A DNA stretch of 64,000 bases from Methylobacillus sp. (GCA_031285185.1 JAITWS010000053.1:26519-90518); one strand, 5' to 3'. Shown: positions 11,505 to 21,463, counted from the stretch's first letter. Notes: a model not told the origin generated them from the sequence alone. Translations and numbers: made by a program.

Positions 11505-11536
11505 AAAAAAGCAGCACCCCCCGGATGCTGCTTTTT
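11505..11536 (+). terminator. Rho-independent terminator after fabG
   Basis: AAAAAAGCAGCA...TGCTGCTTTTT hairpin with T tract. Confidence 0.75.
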
Positions 11537-11562
11537 GAAATCCTCGGGAGATTTGCTAGAAT
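11535..11562 (+). promoter_or_regulatory. Predicted acpP promoter
   Basis: TTGAAA, 16-bp spacer, extended -10 TG-c-TAGAAT. Confidence 0.45.
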
Positions 11563-11608
11563 AGCCCGACCTTTAATGCAGTTCTTACCTAACCAAGGGG
11601 TACATCAA

Positions 11609-11845
11609 ATGTCTGATATTGAACAACGCGTCAAGAAAATCGTAGCCGAGCAACTGGGCGCCAACGAAGCCGATGTGAAAAACGCTTCTTCCTTCGTGGA
11701 CGATCTGGGTGCCGATTCGCTCGACACCGTAGAGCTGGTCATGGCGCTGGAAGAAGAGTTCGGCTGTGAAATTCCCGACGAAGACGCCGAGAAAATCACC
11801 ACCGTCCAGCAAGCGATTGATTACGTCACCGCCAACATCAAGTAA
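11609..11845 (+). CDS. acpP: Acyl carrier protein
   Basis: [17 protein letters not shown]...[20 protein letters not shown]. Confidence 0.98.
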   Translation: MSDIEQRVKKIVAEQLGANEADVKNASSFVDDLGADSLDTVELVMALEEEFGCEIPDEDAEKITTVQQAIDYVTANIK

Positions 11846-11887
11846 TCCCGACAAAACCGCCACAACCTTTCCATTCCCGGAGTCACT

Positions 11888-13126
11888 TTGTCCAAACGCA
11901 AGGTAGTCGTTACCGGCCTGGGTATCATCGCGCCGGTCGGTAACACCGTGGCGGATGCCTGGGCTGACATCATCGCCGGAAAATCCGGCATTACCCGCAT
12001 CACCAAGTTCGATGCCTCCGCGTTTGCCTCGCAAATCGCGGGCGAGGTGAAAGGGTTTGATGTGGATCAATACCTGTCGCCCAAGGAATCGCGCCGGATG
12101 GACGTATTCATCCAGTACGGCCTCGCGGCGGGTATTCAGGCGGTGCGGGACGCGGGAATCGAAGCGACCGAAGCCAACGCCGAGCGTATCGGCGTCAGCA
12201 TCGGCTCCGGCATCGGCGGTCTGCAACTGATCGAAGATACCGAATCCGTTTATCGGGAAGCAGGGCCGCGCAAAATCTCGCCCTTCTTCATTCCCGGAAC
12301 CATCATCAACATGATCTCCGGCAACCTCTCGATCATGTGCGGCTTCAAAGGCCCCAACATCGCCATCGTCACCGCCTGCACCACGGCCACTCATGCGATT
12401 GGTGACGCGGCGCGACTCATCGAATACGGCGATGCCGATGTGATGGTCGCGGGCGGCGCGGAAGCCGCCATCACGCAACTCGGCGTAGGCGGTTTCGCCG
12501 CCGCGCGCGCTCTCTCCACCCGCAACGACGACCCGGCCACCGCCAGCCGCCCGTGGGACGCGGAACGCGACGGCTTCGTCATCGGCGAAGGCGCGGGCGT
12601 GCTGGTGCTGGAAGAATACGAACACGCCAAAGCGCGCGGCGCGAAAATCTACTGCGAACTCGCGGGCTTCGGCATGAGCGCCGACGCCTACCACATGACC
12701 TCGCCCAGCGAAAGCGGCGAAGGCGCGGCGCGCTGCATGAAAAACGCGCTACGCAACGCGGGCATCAACGCGGATCAAGTGGATTACGTCAACGCGCACG
12801 GCACATCCACCCAGGCGGGCGACGTGGCGGAAACACAAGCGGTCAAAAGTTTCTTCGGCGACAACGCCAAAAAAATCGCCGTAAGCTCCACCAAATCCAT
12901 GACCGGTCATTTGCTGGGTGCGGCGGGCGGCATAGAAGCCGTATTCTCCGTGCTCGCCCTGCGCGACCAGATCGCCCCCCCCACGATCAACCTCCACAAC
13001 CCCGACCCGCAGTGCGATCTCGACTACGTTCCCAACACCGCCCGCGACATGAAGATAGACATCGCCATCTCCAACTCCTTCGGCTTCGGCGGAACCAACG
13101 GAACCCTCGTTTTTCGCAGGACGTAA
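11888..13126 (+). CDS. fabF: 3-oxoacyl-ACP synthase II
   Basis: [35 protein letters not shown]; TTG start. Confidence 0.96.
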   Translation: MSKRKVVVTGLGIIAPVGNTVADAWADIIAGKSGITRITKFDASAFASQIAGEVKGFDVDQYLSPKESRRMDVFIQYGLAAGIQAVRDAGIEATEANAERIGVSIGSGIGGLQLIEDTESVYREAGPRKISPFFIPGTIINMISGNLSIMCGFKGPNIAIVTACTTATHAIGDAARLIEYGDADVMVAGGAEAAITQLGVGGFAAARALSTRNDDPATASRPWDAERDGFVIGEGAGVLVLEEYEHAKARGAKIYCELAGFGMSADAYHMTSPSESGEGAARCMKNALRNAGINADQVDYVNAHGTSTQAGDVAETQAVKSFFGDNAKKIAVSSTKSMTGHLLGAAGGIEAVFSVLALRDQIAPPTINLHNPDPQCDLDYVPNTARDMKIDIAISNSFGFGGTNGTLVFRRT

Positions 13127-13144
13127 CCATCAGAGGATGAAATA

Positions 13145-13180
13145 AAAAAGCCGATTCGATGAATCGGCTTTTGTTTTTTC
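13145..13180 (+). terminator. Rho-independent terminator after fabF
   Basis: AAAAGCCGATTC-GAT-GAATCGGCTTTT followed by GTTTTTT. Confidence 0.85.
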
Positions 13181-13296
13181 ACTTTGCACCTTTCCTGTTA
13201 AAGGGTAAGGGGTTTATCCGGGAACAATTTTTCGCCTCCTGTAGAAGAAATAGCTATCGCAATAAAAATAACGTATTCATTATTTCGGGGGAGGGG

Positions 13297-13332
13297 TTGA
13301 CACAACAAAACGATATACTTAAGATTGTCGTT
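13297..13332 (+). promoter_or_regulatory. Leaderless sigma70 promoter with overlapping palindromic operator (copy A)
   Basis: TTGACA(13297)-17-TAAGAT(13320)-7-ATG(13333); imperfect palindrome AACGATATACTT|AAGATTGTCGTT at 13309-13332; no Shine-Dalgarno. Confidence 0.75.
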
Positions 13333-13353
13333 ATGAAAACAGATCACATCCGC
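13297..13353 (+). repeat. 57-bp imperfect direct repeat, copy A (copy B at 21464-21520)
   Basis: Ungapped manual alignment gives 44/57 identities, spanning the promoter and codons MKTDHIR vs MKSDYTR. Confidence 0.9.
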
Positions 13354-14472
13354 ATGAGTTTGCCGACGAAGGCGGTCGCCGCGCATCGCCGTCCGGTTTT
13401 TCGGCCATCGCAATCCGCATTTGCGGCGGAGTTGCGTGGGGCGGCGCGGGCTTGGCTGGATGCGCGGCATGACCATCAATACGCCAACGTGACGACCATG
13501 TTAAAAGTGGCGGCGATGGCGGGAGTTGCCGTTTTGTTTTATCTCGCTGCGCTGAGTGCGACGCGCGGTTATGCCTACATCGGCTTGTATGCCGGTTTTG
13601 CCGTCACGGCGGTGTTGCTGGCCGCGAACAGTTTGCACGATGCTTCGCATGGCGCGTTTTTTCGTTCGCGCGGTTTGAACGCCGCGATGATGCGCGTTAC
13701 CGCTGTTGCGCTGGGCATAGAGCCTGCGTATTGGCAGGTGCGGCATGTGCGTTATCACCACCCGAACGCGAATATCGAACACATTGATCTTGATACCGCC
13801 GCGAACCGCTTTTTGCGCCAGACACCGTTTCAGCCGTGGTTTCCCCAGTTTCGCTTTCAGCATCTTTACTGGCCGGTCATCGCCGGACTTTCCATGCCGT
13901 ATATCGGGCTGGTCTATGATTGGTCTGATCGCTTCGGCCTGACACCGCTCGCGCGGGATCGGGTGTTGCGCGGGTTTGGTGGCTGGCTGCGATTTATCGC
14001 CTCGAAACTGGCGCATTTTTTTCTGTGTTTGGCGCTCCCGCTTTGGCTTGTCGCGCCTTCCGTCGGTTATGGGGCGGTGATCGGCGGTTATGTGCTCGGG
14101 CAATTGTTGGCATCATGCTTGTTAGTCACGCTTATCCTCGGCACGCACTGGGCGGATACGCAGTTTTATGACATCAGCGACGGCGCGCCTTTGCCGCATA
14201 CGCGGGAAGAGCACGCCTTTCTGACGTGTTGCGACTGGGAGGCATCGCCCCGCATTATGGGCGGGCTGTTGGGCGGTCTGAATTTGCATCTCACGCATCA
14301 TCTGTTTCCGCATTTCCATCATCGTCACTATCCGGCGCTGGCGAAAATTGTCGGGCAAGTCGCCGCGCGTCACGGATTGCCATACCGCTGTTTGAGCTAC
14401 CGCGAACTCCTGCGCGCGCAACAGCATTTTCTTGAATCAATGGGGCAAAAGCCTGTGACTTCCCATGTGTGA
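13333..14472 (+). CDS. Membrane fatty acid (acyl-CoA/acyl-lipid) desaturase
   Basis: Three His boxes LHDASH, RHVRYHH, HLTHHLFP; hydrophobic segments. Start placed at 13333 (alternative 13354); the ORF-track start 13159 lies inside the fabF terminator. Confidence 0.88.
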   Translation: MKTDHIRMSLPTKAVAAHRRPVFRPSQSAFAAELRGAARAWLDARHDHQYANVTTMLKVAAMAGVAVLFYLAALSATRGYAYIGLYAGFAVTAVLLAANSLHDASHGAFFRSRGLNAAMMRVTAVALGIEPAYWQVRHVRYHHPNANIEHIDLDTAANRFLRQTPFQPWFPQFRFQHLYWPVIAGLSMPYIGLVYDWSDRFGLTPLARDRVLRGFGGWLRFIASKLAHFFLCLALPLWLVAPSVGYGAVIGGYVLGQLLASCLLVTLILGTHWADTQFYDISDGAPLPHTREEHAFLTCCDWEASPRIMGGLLGGLNLHLTHHLFPHFHHRHYPALAKIVGQVAARHGLPYRCLSYRELLRAQQHFLESMGQKPVTSHV

Positions 14473-15463
14473 TACGACCATTTCCCCGTTCCTGCCCATC
14501 GCCATCATCGCGACAGGCAAGGCGCTGCCTGCAATCAAACTCACCTCGACTGAACTCGACGCGCGATTTAAAAAGCCCGCAGGCTGGGCGCAAAAACATT
14601 CCGGCATCGAATATCGCCACCATGCGCGTGCCGATGAACGCCAATCCACGCTTGCGGCGCAAGCCTTGCGCGACGCGCTGGATCGCGGCAATGTCAATCC
14701 TGATTCCATTGATCTGCTGCTGTCGGCTTCGGGTGTGCAGGAACAGGCGTTGCCGTGCACCGCCGCGCTTGTGCTTGGCCAGGCCGGGCTGCGTCCCGGC
14801 ACGCCCGGGTTTGACATCAATGCGACCTGTCTGGGTTTTCTTGCCGCGCTGCGCGTTGCCGCGAGCCTGCTCAACACCTCGTCATACCGGCGCATTGCAA
14901 TCGTCGCGTCGGATCTCGCATCGCGCGGCATTGACTGGGACGATACGGAATCCTCGCTGATCTTTGGCGACGGCGCGGCGGCGGCGATCGTCGAGCGCGG
15001 GGACGGCGCGCGCGGTATCGAAGGTTATCGGCTCAACACATGGCCGGAGGGCGCGACATATTGCGAAATTCGCGCGGGCGGCACGCGCCGCACGCCACGC
15101 ACGGGCGCGGAGCCTTCCGATTTTCTGTTTCACATGGAAGGCAGACGGGTGCTCCGGCTGGGAACTGTCGCAACGGATGATCTGCTGGCCGGGTTGTTCA
15201 AGGAAACCGGCTTGTCGTTTAACGACATGGATGTGGTCGTGCCGCACCAGCCGAGTCCGCTCGGAATGCGTTATCTCGCCGAGCGCGTGCCGGATGATCG
15301 CATCGTCAACATTTATGCCACGCACGGCAATCAGGTCGCCGCTTCCATTCCCACCGCATTGCACGAGGCATTTGTAACGGGGCGCGCTCAGCCGGGTCGG
15401 CGGTTGATGCTGATCGGTACGGCGGGCGGCATTTCCGTGGGCGCGTTGATACTCAAATTATGA
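14465..15463 (+). CDS. FabH-like 3-oxoacyl-ACP synthase III / thiolase-fold condensing enzyme (accessory paralog)
   Basis: Cys-His-Asn triad: INATCLGF, VVPHQPS, HGNQVAASIP; FGDGAAA. Confidence 0.9.
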   Translation: MCDTTISPFLPIAIIATGKALPAIKLTSTELDARFKKPAGWAQKHSGIEYRHHARADERQSTLAAQALRDALDRGNVNPDSIDLLLSASGVQEQALPCTAALVLGQAGLRPGTPGFDINATCLGFLAALRVAASLLNTSSYRRIAIVASDLASRGIDWDDTESSLIFGDGAAAAIVERGDGARGIEGYRLNTWPEGATYCEIRAGGTRRTPRTGAEPSDFLFHMEGRRVLRLGTVATDDLLAGLFKETGLSFNDMDVVVPHQPSPLGMRYLAERVPDDRIVNIYATHGNQVAASIPTALHEAFVTGRAQPGRRLMLIGTAGGISVGALILKL

Positions 15464-16473
15464 CGACACTGGTTACCGGCGCCACCGGCGGCTTGGGAAG
15501 AAATGCCGTCGAATGGCTCGCCTCGCAACAACAAGCTGTGCGCGGCTCGGGACGCAACCTTGCCGCCGGAGCCGCGTTGCAGGCGCAGGGAATCGAGTTT
15601 GTCGCCGCCGATCTTGCAACGGCGCAGAGCGAAGAGATTGATCGTTTGCTTGATGGCGTGGAAACGGTCTGGCATTGCGCGGCCTTGTCGTCGCCGTGGG
15701 GGCGCTACGAAGATTTTTATGCCGCCAACGTCACCGCCACCACGCGGCTTGCAGGAATGGCGGCGATGCGCGGTGTGCGGCGTTTCATCCACATTTCAAC
15801 GCCGTCCATTTATTTCGATTACCGGCATCGCGCGAATATCCCGGAAACATTTCGCCCGGCGCGTTTCGTCAATCATTACGCGCACACCAAGGCGCTGGCC
15901 GAGGAGGGCATACGCGCGCTTGCCGCGCGTCATCCGCGGACAACATTTGTCATGCTTCGACCGCGCGGCATTTTCGGTCCGCATGATCGCGTGCTGTTGC
16001 CGCGCATTCTGCGTGTTTTGCACGAGCGCAACGGACGTTTGCCTTTGCCTCGCGGCGGCGCGGCACGGCTTGATCTTACTTATGCCGGCAATGTCGTTCA
16101 TGCGATGCAGCTCGCCACGACCCGCGCCGACATTGTGTCGGGGGAGGCGTTCAACATCACGAACGGGGAGCCGGTCATGTTGCGCGAAACGCTCGCAGCA
16201 TTGCTCGCGGCGCTTGGTGTGGATTGCCGTATTGTGGCTTTGCCCTATCCCGTTCTCAATTTCGTCGCGCGCGCGATGGAAGCCCGCGCGGCATTGACCG
16301 GCAAGGAACCGTCATTCACGCGCTACGGCATGGGCGCGTTGAATTACGACATGACGCTCGACATCGGCAAGGCATGGCGCGTGCTTGGTTACCGGCCTGT
16401 CGTGACGATGGACGAAGGCATCGCGGCAACAGCTCTGAGGATGCGGAAACATGGCGACGCTCACGGTTTTTGA
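15460..16473 (+). CDS. Extended SDR, NAD-dependent epimerase/dehydratase (3-beta-HSD / OleD-like)
   Basis: VTGATGGLG, WHCAA, HISTPSIY, YAHTK (YxxxK), RPRGIFGPHD. Confidence 0.9.
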   Translation: MTTLVTGATGGLGRNAVEWLASQQQAVRGSGRNLAAGAALQAQGIEFVAADLATAQSEEIDRLLDGVETVWHCAALSSPWGRYEDFYAANVTATTRLAGMAAMRGVRRFIHISTPSIYFDYRHRANIPETFRPARFVNHYAHTKALAEEGIRALAARHPRTTFVMLRPRGIFGPHDRVLLPRILRVLHERNGRLPLPRGGAARLDLTYAGNVVHAMQLATTRADIVSGEAFNITNGEPVMLRETLAALLAALGVDCRIVALPYPVLNFVARAMEARAALTGKEPSFTRYGMGALNYDMTLDIGKAWRVLGYRPVVTMDEGIAATALRMRKHGDAHGF

Positions 16474-17257
16474 AGCGGGTTATTGCACGCACATTGCCTG
16501 CATGGCGTTGCGCGGCGCGGGTTTTTCCGTGTGCCGTTTCCCCGCGCGCGCCTGGCTGATCGAAACCGCGCGAGGCCGCTGGCTGTGGGATACGGGCTAT
16601 GCCTCGCATTTTCTCGATCACACGCGGCACGGTGTTTTTGCCTGGTATCGGCGCGTCACGCCCGTGCATTTCAATGCCGGTGACGCGCTGGCATGGCAAC
16701 TGCGCGAACGCGGTTTGTCCGCGAACGATCTCACCGCTGTGATTCTTTCGCATTTTCACGGCGACCATATTGCCGGTTTGCGCGATTTGCAAGGCGCGCC
16801 GACCTGTCTCAGCGGCGCGGGATGGAACGCCACGCGTTCGTTGCGCGGCATTCGCGCATTACGCAAAGGTTTCGTGCCGGGTCTGATCCCGCCGGATTTT
16901 GAAACATCCATGACCGCCGTCGAGACGTTTGATCGCGTCGCGCTGCCTGCCGAACTTGCGCCGTTCACGCACGCCTACGCTGTGCCGGGCAGCGACGGCG
17001 AATTGCTGATCGTCGAGTTGCCCGGCCATGCGGCCGGACATCTCGGCGCGTTTGTCGCCACGGCGCAAGGCTGGGTCATGCTGGCATCGGATGCCGCATG
17101 GTCGCCCGCCGCTTACCGAAATCTCGTCGGCCCGTCGCGCCTGACCCACGCCATCATGGACGATGCGACGCAGTATTACGACACGCTGCATAAACTGAAT
17201 CAGCTTGACCGGCAGAAGAACGTGAAAATTCTCCTCACCCATGAAGGCGCTTTGTGA
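16451..17257 (+). CDS. Metallo-beta-lactamase-fold hydrolase
   Basis: LWDTGY, SHFHGDHIAG (HxHxDH), LPGHAAGH, ASDAAW, terminal THE. Confidence 0.9.
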   Translation: MATLTVFEAGYCTHIACMALRGAGFSVCRFPARAWLIETARGRWLWDTGYASHFLDHTRHGVFAWYRRVTPVHFNAGDALAWQLRERGLSANDLTAVILSHFHGDHIAGLRDLQGAPTCLSGAGWNATRSLRGIRALRKGFVPGLIPPDFETSMTAVETFDRVALPAELAPFTHAYAVPGSDGELLIVELPGHAAGHLGAFVATAQGWVMLASDAAWSPAAYRNLVGPSRLTHAIMDDATQYYDTLHKLNQLDRQKNVKILLTHEGAL

Positions 17258-18543
17258 TGCGGCTTGCGAACGTGCTCCGGTTTTACTGGAAAACGAAACA
17301 TCTGCGCTTTGGCAGCCGCGCGGCGCTCGAACATCACCAGCAGCGACAGCTTCAACGCTTCATGTCGAAGCATCTTGCGCGCAGCCAGTATTTCGCCCCT
17401 TTCGCCGGATATCCGCTTGATGCCTGGCCGATCATGACGAAAGTGACGATGATGGAACAATTTGACCGTCTCAACACGGCCAAACTCAAGCTCGCGGATG
17501 TGCTGGCGTGCGCGCTTGAAGCCGAGCGCACGCGCGACTTCACGAAAACGGTCGACGGTTACAGCGTGGGGCTTTCGTCGGGCACTTCGGGATCGCGCGG
17601 CGTGTTCGTGGTCAGCCCGGCGGAGCAGGCGCGTTGGGCGGGCGTGATGCTTGCCCGACTGCTGCCGCGCGGTTTGTTTTCCGGCGAGCGCGTCGCGCTG
17701 TTTTTGCGGGCGAACAACAATCTGTATTCCGCCATTCGCAGCCCGTGGCTATCGTTTGAATTTTTTGATCTCATGGAACCGCTTGCAAGTCAGTTCACGC
17801 GGCTGAGCCGCTACGCGCCAACGATCATCGTTGCTCCCGCGCAAGTCTTGCGCGCGCTGGCCGAGGCAAAGTCGCGCGGTCAGGCGGATATTCATCCGCG
17901 TCGCGTCATTTCAGGCGCGGAAGTGCTGGAGCCGTTTGACCGCGATTTTCTCGCGCGCGCATTCGGCGCGGTGGGCGAGGTTTATCAGGCAACCGAAGGG
18001 TTTCTTGGTTCGACTTGCCCGCACGGCACGCTGCACCTGAACGAAAGCCATGTTTATTTTGAACCGCAATGGCTGGATGAACAGCGTTTTGTTCCCGTCA
18101 TCACCGACTTCACGCGCGTGACGCAGCCCATCGTGCGTTACCGGCTGGACGATATTCTGGTGAAACGCGACGCGCCTTGTCCTTGCGGCAGTCACGAAAT
18201 GGCGATAGCGCGCATTGAAGGCCGATGCGACGACCTTTTGCGTTTTCCGGGGCGTGACGGCATGGTGGAGGTATATGCCGATGCGATCTCGCGCGCGCTC
18301 GCACAAATTTTGCCGATCACGGCGGATTACCGCCTCATGCAAACCGGCAAAACGCGGCTTGCGCTCCATGTCGAAGGCGTGGGTGATGAGGCGCTGGCGA
18401 ATTGCCGCGCGCATCTGGAACGTTTTTTGATGCGACAGGGCGTGCAAACAGAACGTTTGATCTGGTCTTTGGACATGCGCTTGCCCGCCGCCGATTTCAG
18501 CATGAAACGTCGGCGCATCATGCGCGCCGGAGACGCGCGATGA
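17254..18543 (+). CDS. Adenylate-forming enzyme, F390 synthetase / PaaK-related
   Basis: P-loop GLSSGTSGSRG, YQATEGFLG, RYRLDDIL, IEGRCDD. Confidence 0.88.
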   Translation: MMRLANVLRFYWKTKHLRFGSRAALEHHQQRQLQRFMSKHLARSQYFAPFAGYPLDAWPIMTKVTMMEQFDRLNTAKLKLADVLACALEAERTRDFTKTVDGYSVGLSSGTSGSRGVFVVSPAEQARWAGVMLARLLPRGLFSGERVALFLRANNNLYSAIRSPWLSFEFFDLMEPLASQFTRLSRYAPTIIVAPAQVLRALAEAKSRGQADIHPRRVISGAEVLEPFDRDFLARAFGAVGEVYQATEGFLGSTCPHGTLHLNESHVYFEPQWLDEQRFVPVITDFTRVTQPIVRYRLDDILVKRDAPCPCGSHEMAIARIEGRCDDLLRFPGRDGMVEVYADAISRALAQILPITADYRLMQTGKTRLALHVEGVGDEALANCRAHLERFLMRQGVQTERLIWSLDMRLPAADFSMKRRRIMRAGDAR

Positions 18544-19175
18544 GATCCGCGTCATTCCGAATACGCATCGCCATGATGTGCGTCGGCTGGGGAACGGTGG
18601 GGCTATGCTACGCAATCGGGAGCCTCACGCCGCGCGCTGTTCATGTTTTGCAAGAAACCGCGCTGGATCGTCTCATCCCGTTCAATGTGTCCGCGATAGG
18701 ACTTTATCTGTCTTTTTTCCTGCTGGTTCCGGTTGCCTATCTTTTTGCCGCTCCCGCGCGGCTCAAGTCCTTGATGTTTGCCATGCAACTCTCTGCCGTG
18801 CTGGCGGCCATCGTGTTCGTGCTCTATCCGACCACGCTGATTTATCCCGTTGCTTCGTCGTCCACGCCTGGCGGCGCAGTGCTGAACATGCTCGCCGGAT
18901 TTGATTCGTCCAATAATTGTCTGCCTTCGCTGCACGGCGCGTTGACGCTGCTTTGCGTTGTCGCGCTGTGGCAGCGGGAAAAAATGTGGCGCAATATTTT
19001 CATGCTGCTGTGGGCGCTGGGCATCGCATGGGCTGTCGTGCAGACGCGGCGGCATCTCGTCCTCGACCTCGGCGCGGGATTGCTGCTCGGCGCCGGTTGC
19101 GCGTGGCTGGCGGCGCGCGTGTCCAAACCGGAGAACATCATGACATTTTTCCGAAAGTTGAAATGCACGTCCTGA
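18540..19175 (+). CDS. PAP2-superfamily membrane phosphatase/phosphotransferase (AUR1/IPC synthase-like subgroup)
   Basis: About six hydrophobic helices; NNCLPSLHGA and TRRHLVLD catalytic-type motifs; ATG overlaps the upstream stop (ATGA). Confidence 0.8.
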   Translation: MRSASFRIRIAMMCVGWGTVGLCYAIGSLTPRAVHVLQETALDRLIPFNVSAIGLYLSFFLLVPVAYLFAAPARLKSLMFAMQLSAVLAAIVFVLYPTTLIYPVASSSTPGGAVLNMLAGFDSSNNCLPSLHGALTLLCVVALWQREKMWRNIFMLLWALGIAWAVVQTRRHLVLDLGAGLLLGAGCAWLAARVSKPENIMTFFRKLKCTS

Positions 19176-20311
19176 TTTTGGGCGCGCGCGCTCCGGCATG
19201 TCTGGAATGGTCGCGCTGTTTTCACGCGGTCGGATGGCGGGTCAGCGTCGGAGATTCGCTGCGCTGGCCGCTTGTGCGATTTTCCGCTGCGGCGCATGAA
19301 TTTATCCGTCTGCCCGAACCGCGCCGTTCTCCGGCGGACTGGATAGATGCGCTGGCAAAAGAAGTTGTGGCGCGTGACATTAATCTCGTGTTGCCGACAT
19401 GCGAGGAAGCGTTTTATCTCGCGCATGGCCGCGACCATATTCCCGCCCGCATCATGGTGCCGCCTTTTGCGCTGATGCATGAATTGCATCACAAAGGTCG
19501 TTTCGCGGAAAAGGTCAAGGGCTGGGAGATTGAAGCGCCGGAAACTCACCTTCTCGAAAAAGCCGGGGATGTCGAGGCATTCGCGGCAACGCATGATACG
19601 CGCGACTGGGTATTCAAACCGGCTTACTCGCGCTTCGCGCACCGCGCATTGCTGCGTCCCGATCCGGCACGGGTGATGCGATTGCATCCGACTTCGGCAC
19701 AACCGTGGATTGCCCAGCGCCACATCGCGGGGCGTGAGCATTGCAGCTACAGTTTGTTGCTTGACGGCAGGCTTACCGCGCACACTTGTTATCATCCCCG
19801 CTACCGGGTTGGGGGCGGTTCCGGCATCTGGTTTGAGCCGACCAACCCGCCGTTGATCCGGGCGTTCGTCGAGCAATTCGGCAGGGCAACCGGCTATACC
19901 GGACAAGTGGCTTTTGATTTCATCGAGCAGGCCGATGGTTCGTGTCATGTGCTGGAATGCAACCCCCGCGCGACCAGCGGCATCCATCTGTTCGCCGATC
20001 AACCGGAAGCGGTGGTGGCTGCGTTGCTGGGCGAGCGGGGCGTGCTGATACCACATTCCGCGCCGCGCCAGGTTGCCTCCGCCATGCTTTTGTTTGCCGG
20101 TTGCAAACATCGGTTCAATGCAAAATTCCGGCGCGATTTCCGCGCCGCAAGCGATGTGATTGCGCGGGCAAATGATTTCAAGCCGCTTCCGGCGCAACTT
20201 CTCGGCCTTATGGAAATTTCCGTCCGGGCACTGCGTCGGCGATGCGGTCTTTTGGCGGCTGCAACCGCGGATATCGAGTGGAATGGTCAGTCGCTGGAGA
20301 AGCGATTGTGA
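19163..20311 (+). CDS. ATP-grasp domain protein
   Basis: LPTCEEAFY, LHHKGRF, VFKPAYSRFA, WIAQRHIAGREH, GQVAFDFIE, LECNPRATSG. Confidence 0.85.
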   Translation: MHVLILGARAPACLEWSRCFHAVGWRVSVGDSLRWPLVRFSAAAHEFIRLPEPRRSPADWIDALAKEVVARDINLVLPTCEEAFYLAHGRDHIPARIMVPPFALMHELHHKGRFAEKVKGWEIEAPETHLLEKAGDVEAFAATHDTRDWVFKPAYSRFAHRALLRPDPARVMRLHPTSAQPWIAQRHIAGREHCSYSLLLDGRLTAHTCYHPRYRVGGGSGIWFEPTNPPLIRAFVEQFGRATGYTGQVAFDFIEQADGSCHVLECNPRATSGIHLFADQPEAVVAALLGERGVLIPHSAPRQVASAMLLFAGCKHRFNAKFRRDFRAASDVIARANDFKPLPAQLLGLMEISVRALRRRCGLLAAATADIEWNGQSLEKRL

Positions 20312-21441
20312 AATTGCTGACCGTCGAGGAATTTGCCGCAGGCGAGGGCGGAAAATGCCAACCGCTTTTAGCCGCGTTCGCGCGCCATGCGCCCGGCGCA
20401 ATCCGCAATGTCTCCACGCGCATGAGCATTCTCGCGACCGGCACGCATTTTTTTCCGGTGAGCATCAACACTGGCGATGAGCGCATCGGCAACAGTTATG
20501 TGGTATCTCCATACACGACTTATACCGGCTACGCGCAATATGAAATCGCCCAGCTTGGTGCGGCGTGTCTGACCTGGCCTTTGCGTATGCTGGTAAAAGC
20601 CGTGGGGCTTGGGCTGACGGCGGCACGTGTTGACCAGTTGGTGCAGGTGAATAATTGGCTGCTCTCCACCAATCTGTATCCGGCCAATTGGGAAGGCGCG
20701 GATTTGCCCGAGATGACGGATTTGTTGACACGGGAATTCCCGGAACATGCCATCAGTTTCCGCTCGCTCAATCAATTCAGCAATGCGAAGCTGATCGGGC
20801 GTTTGGAAAATCTGGGTTATCTCGCGCTTCCCAGTCGGCAGGTTTATCTGTTCGATGCGCGCAAGGGCGAACAGTCGGAGTTTTGGCATTGCCGCGATAA
20901 CCATAATGATGCCCGTTTGTCGCGCAACACGTCCTATGAGATTGTGCCGGGGAACGCGCTTGCGGATACGGATTACGCGCGTCTGGAACATCTCTACAAC
21001 CTTCTTTATCTGGAAAAATATTCGCCATTAAATCCGCAGTTCAGCGCCGACTGGCTGCGCGCCGGTCAGCGTGACGGCTGGCTGGAACTGCGCGCGCTAC
21101 GCAGCGAAGAAGGCCGCATGGACGGCGTTGCGGGCTGGTTCGGCAATTCGCATATTTTTACGACGCCCATCGTCGGTTACGATACCGCGCTGCCGCAAAA
21201 GTTGGGCTTGTATCGCCTGATTACCCACCTGAGTCTGCAAGAAGCCGCGCAACGACGCTGCCTGTTCAACGGCAGCGCCGGAGCCGCCCGCTTCAAACGC
21301 TTGCGCGGCGGCGTACCTGCAATCGAATATAGTCTGGTCTTTGTTCGCCACTTGCCCGTGGCGCGACAACAGGCTTGGCGTTCGCTCGTGCGTTTGCTGC
21401 GCGGCATAGGCGTGCCGCTCATGCAAAAGTTCAGGCTGTGA
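20308..21441 (+). CDS. Probable GNAT/FemAB-fold acyl- or aminoacyl-transferase
   Basis: C-terminal TPIVGYD...LGLYRL...GSAGAARFKRLRGG pattern resembles GNAT/Fem folds; GTG overlaps the upstream stop. Confidence 0.6.
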   Translation: MKLLTVEEFAAGEGGKCQPLLAAFARHAPGAIRNVSTRMSILATGTHFFPVSINTGDERIGNSYVVSPYTTYTGYAQYEIAQLGAACLTWPLRMLVKAVGLGLTAARVDQLVQVNNWLLSTNLYPANWEGADLPEMTDLLTREFPEHAISFRSLNQFSNAKLIGRLENLGYLALPSRQVYLFDARKGEQSEFWHCRDNHNDARLSRNTSYEIVPGNALADTDYARLEHLYNLLYLEKYSPLNPQFSADWLRAGQRDGWLELRALRSEEGRMDGVAGWFGNSHIFTTPIVGYDTALPQKLGLYRLITHLSLQEAAQRRCLFNGSAGAARFKRLRGGVPAIEYSLVFVRHLPVARQQAWRSLVRLLRGIGVPLMQKFRL

Positions 21442-21463
21442 TAAATTTCGGCACGAAAAACAC

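Noticed and set aside
13198-13245. Minus-strand AGGAGG followed by TTG and a 9-codon ORF (LFPDKPLTL) in the AT-rich spacer after fabF
   Set aside because: Too short and not hydrophobic like a type I toxin; no supporting promoter identified; chance occurrence is likely.
13159-13332. N-terminal extension of the desaturase given by the ORF track
   Set aside because: The start lies inside the fabF terminator hairpin, and the extension crosses an AT-rich spacer and a clear promoter; ATG 13333 fits much better.
16451-17257. MBL-fold protein as an antibiotic-resistance beta-lactamase
   Set aside because: No signal peptide, and it is translationally coupled inside a biosynthetic operon; more likely a thioesterase/lactonase-type hydrolase.
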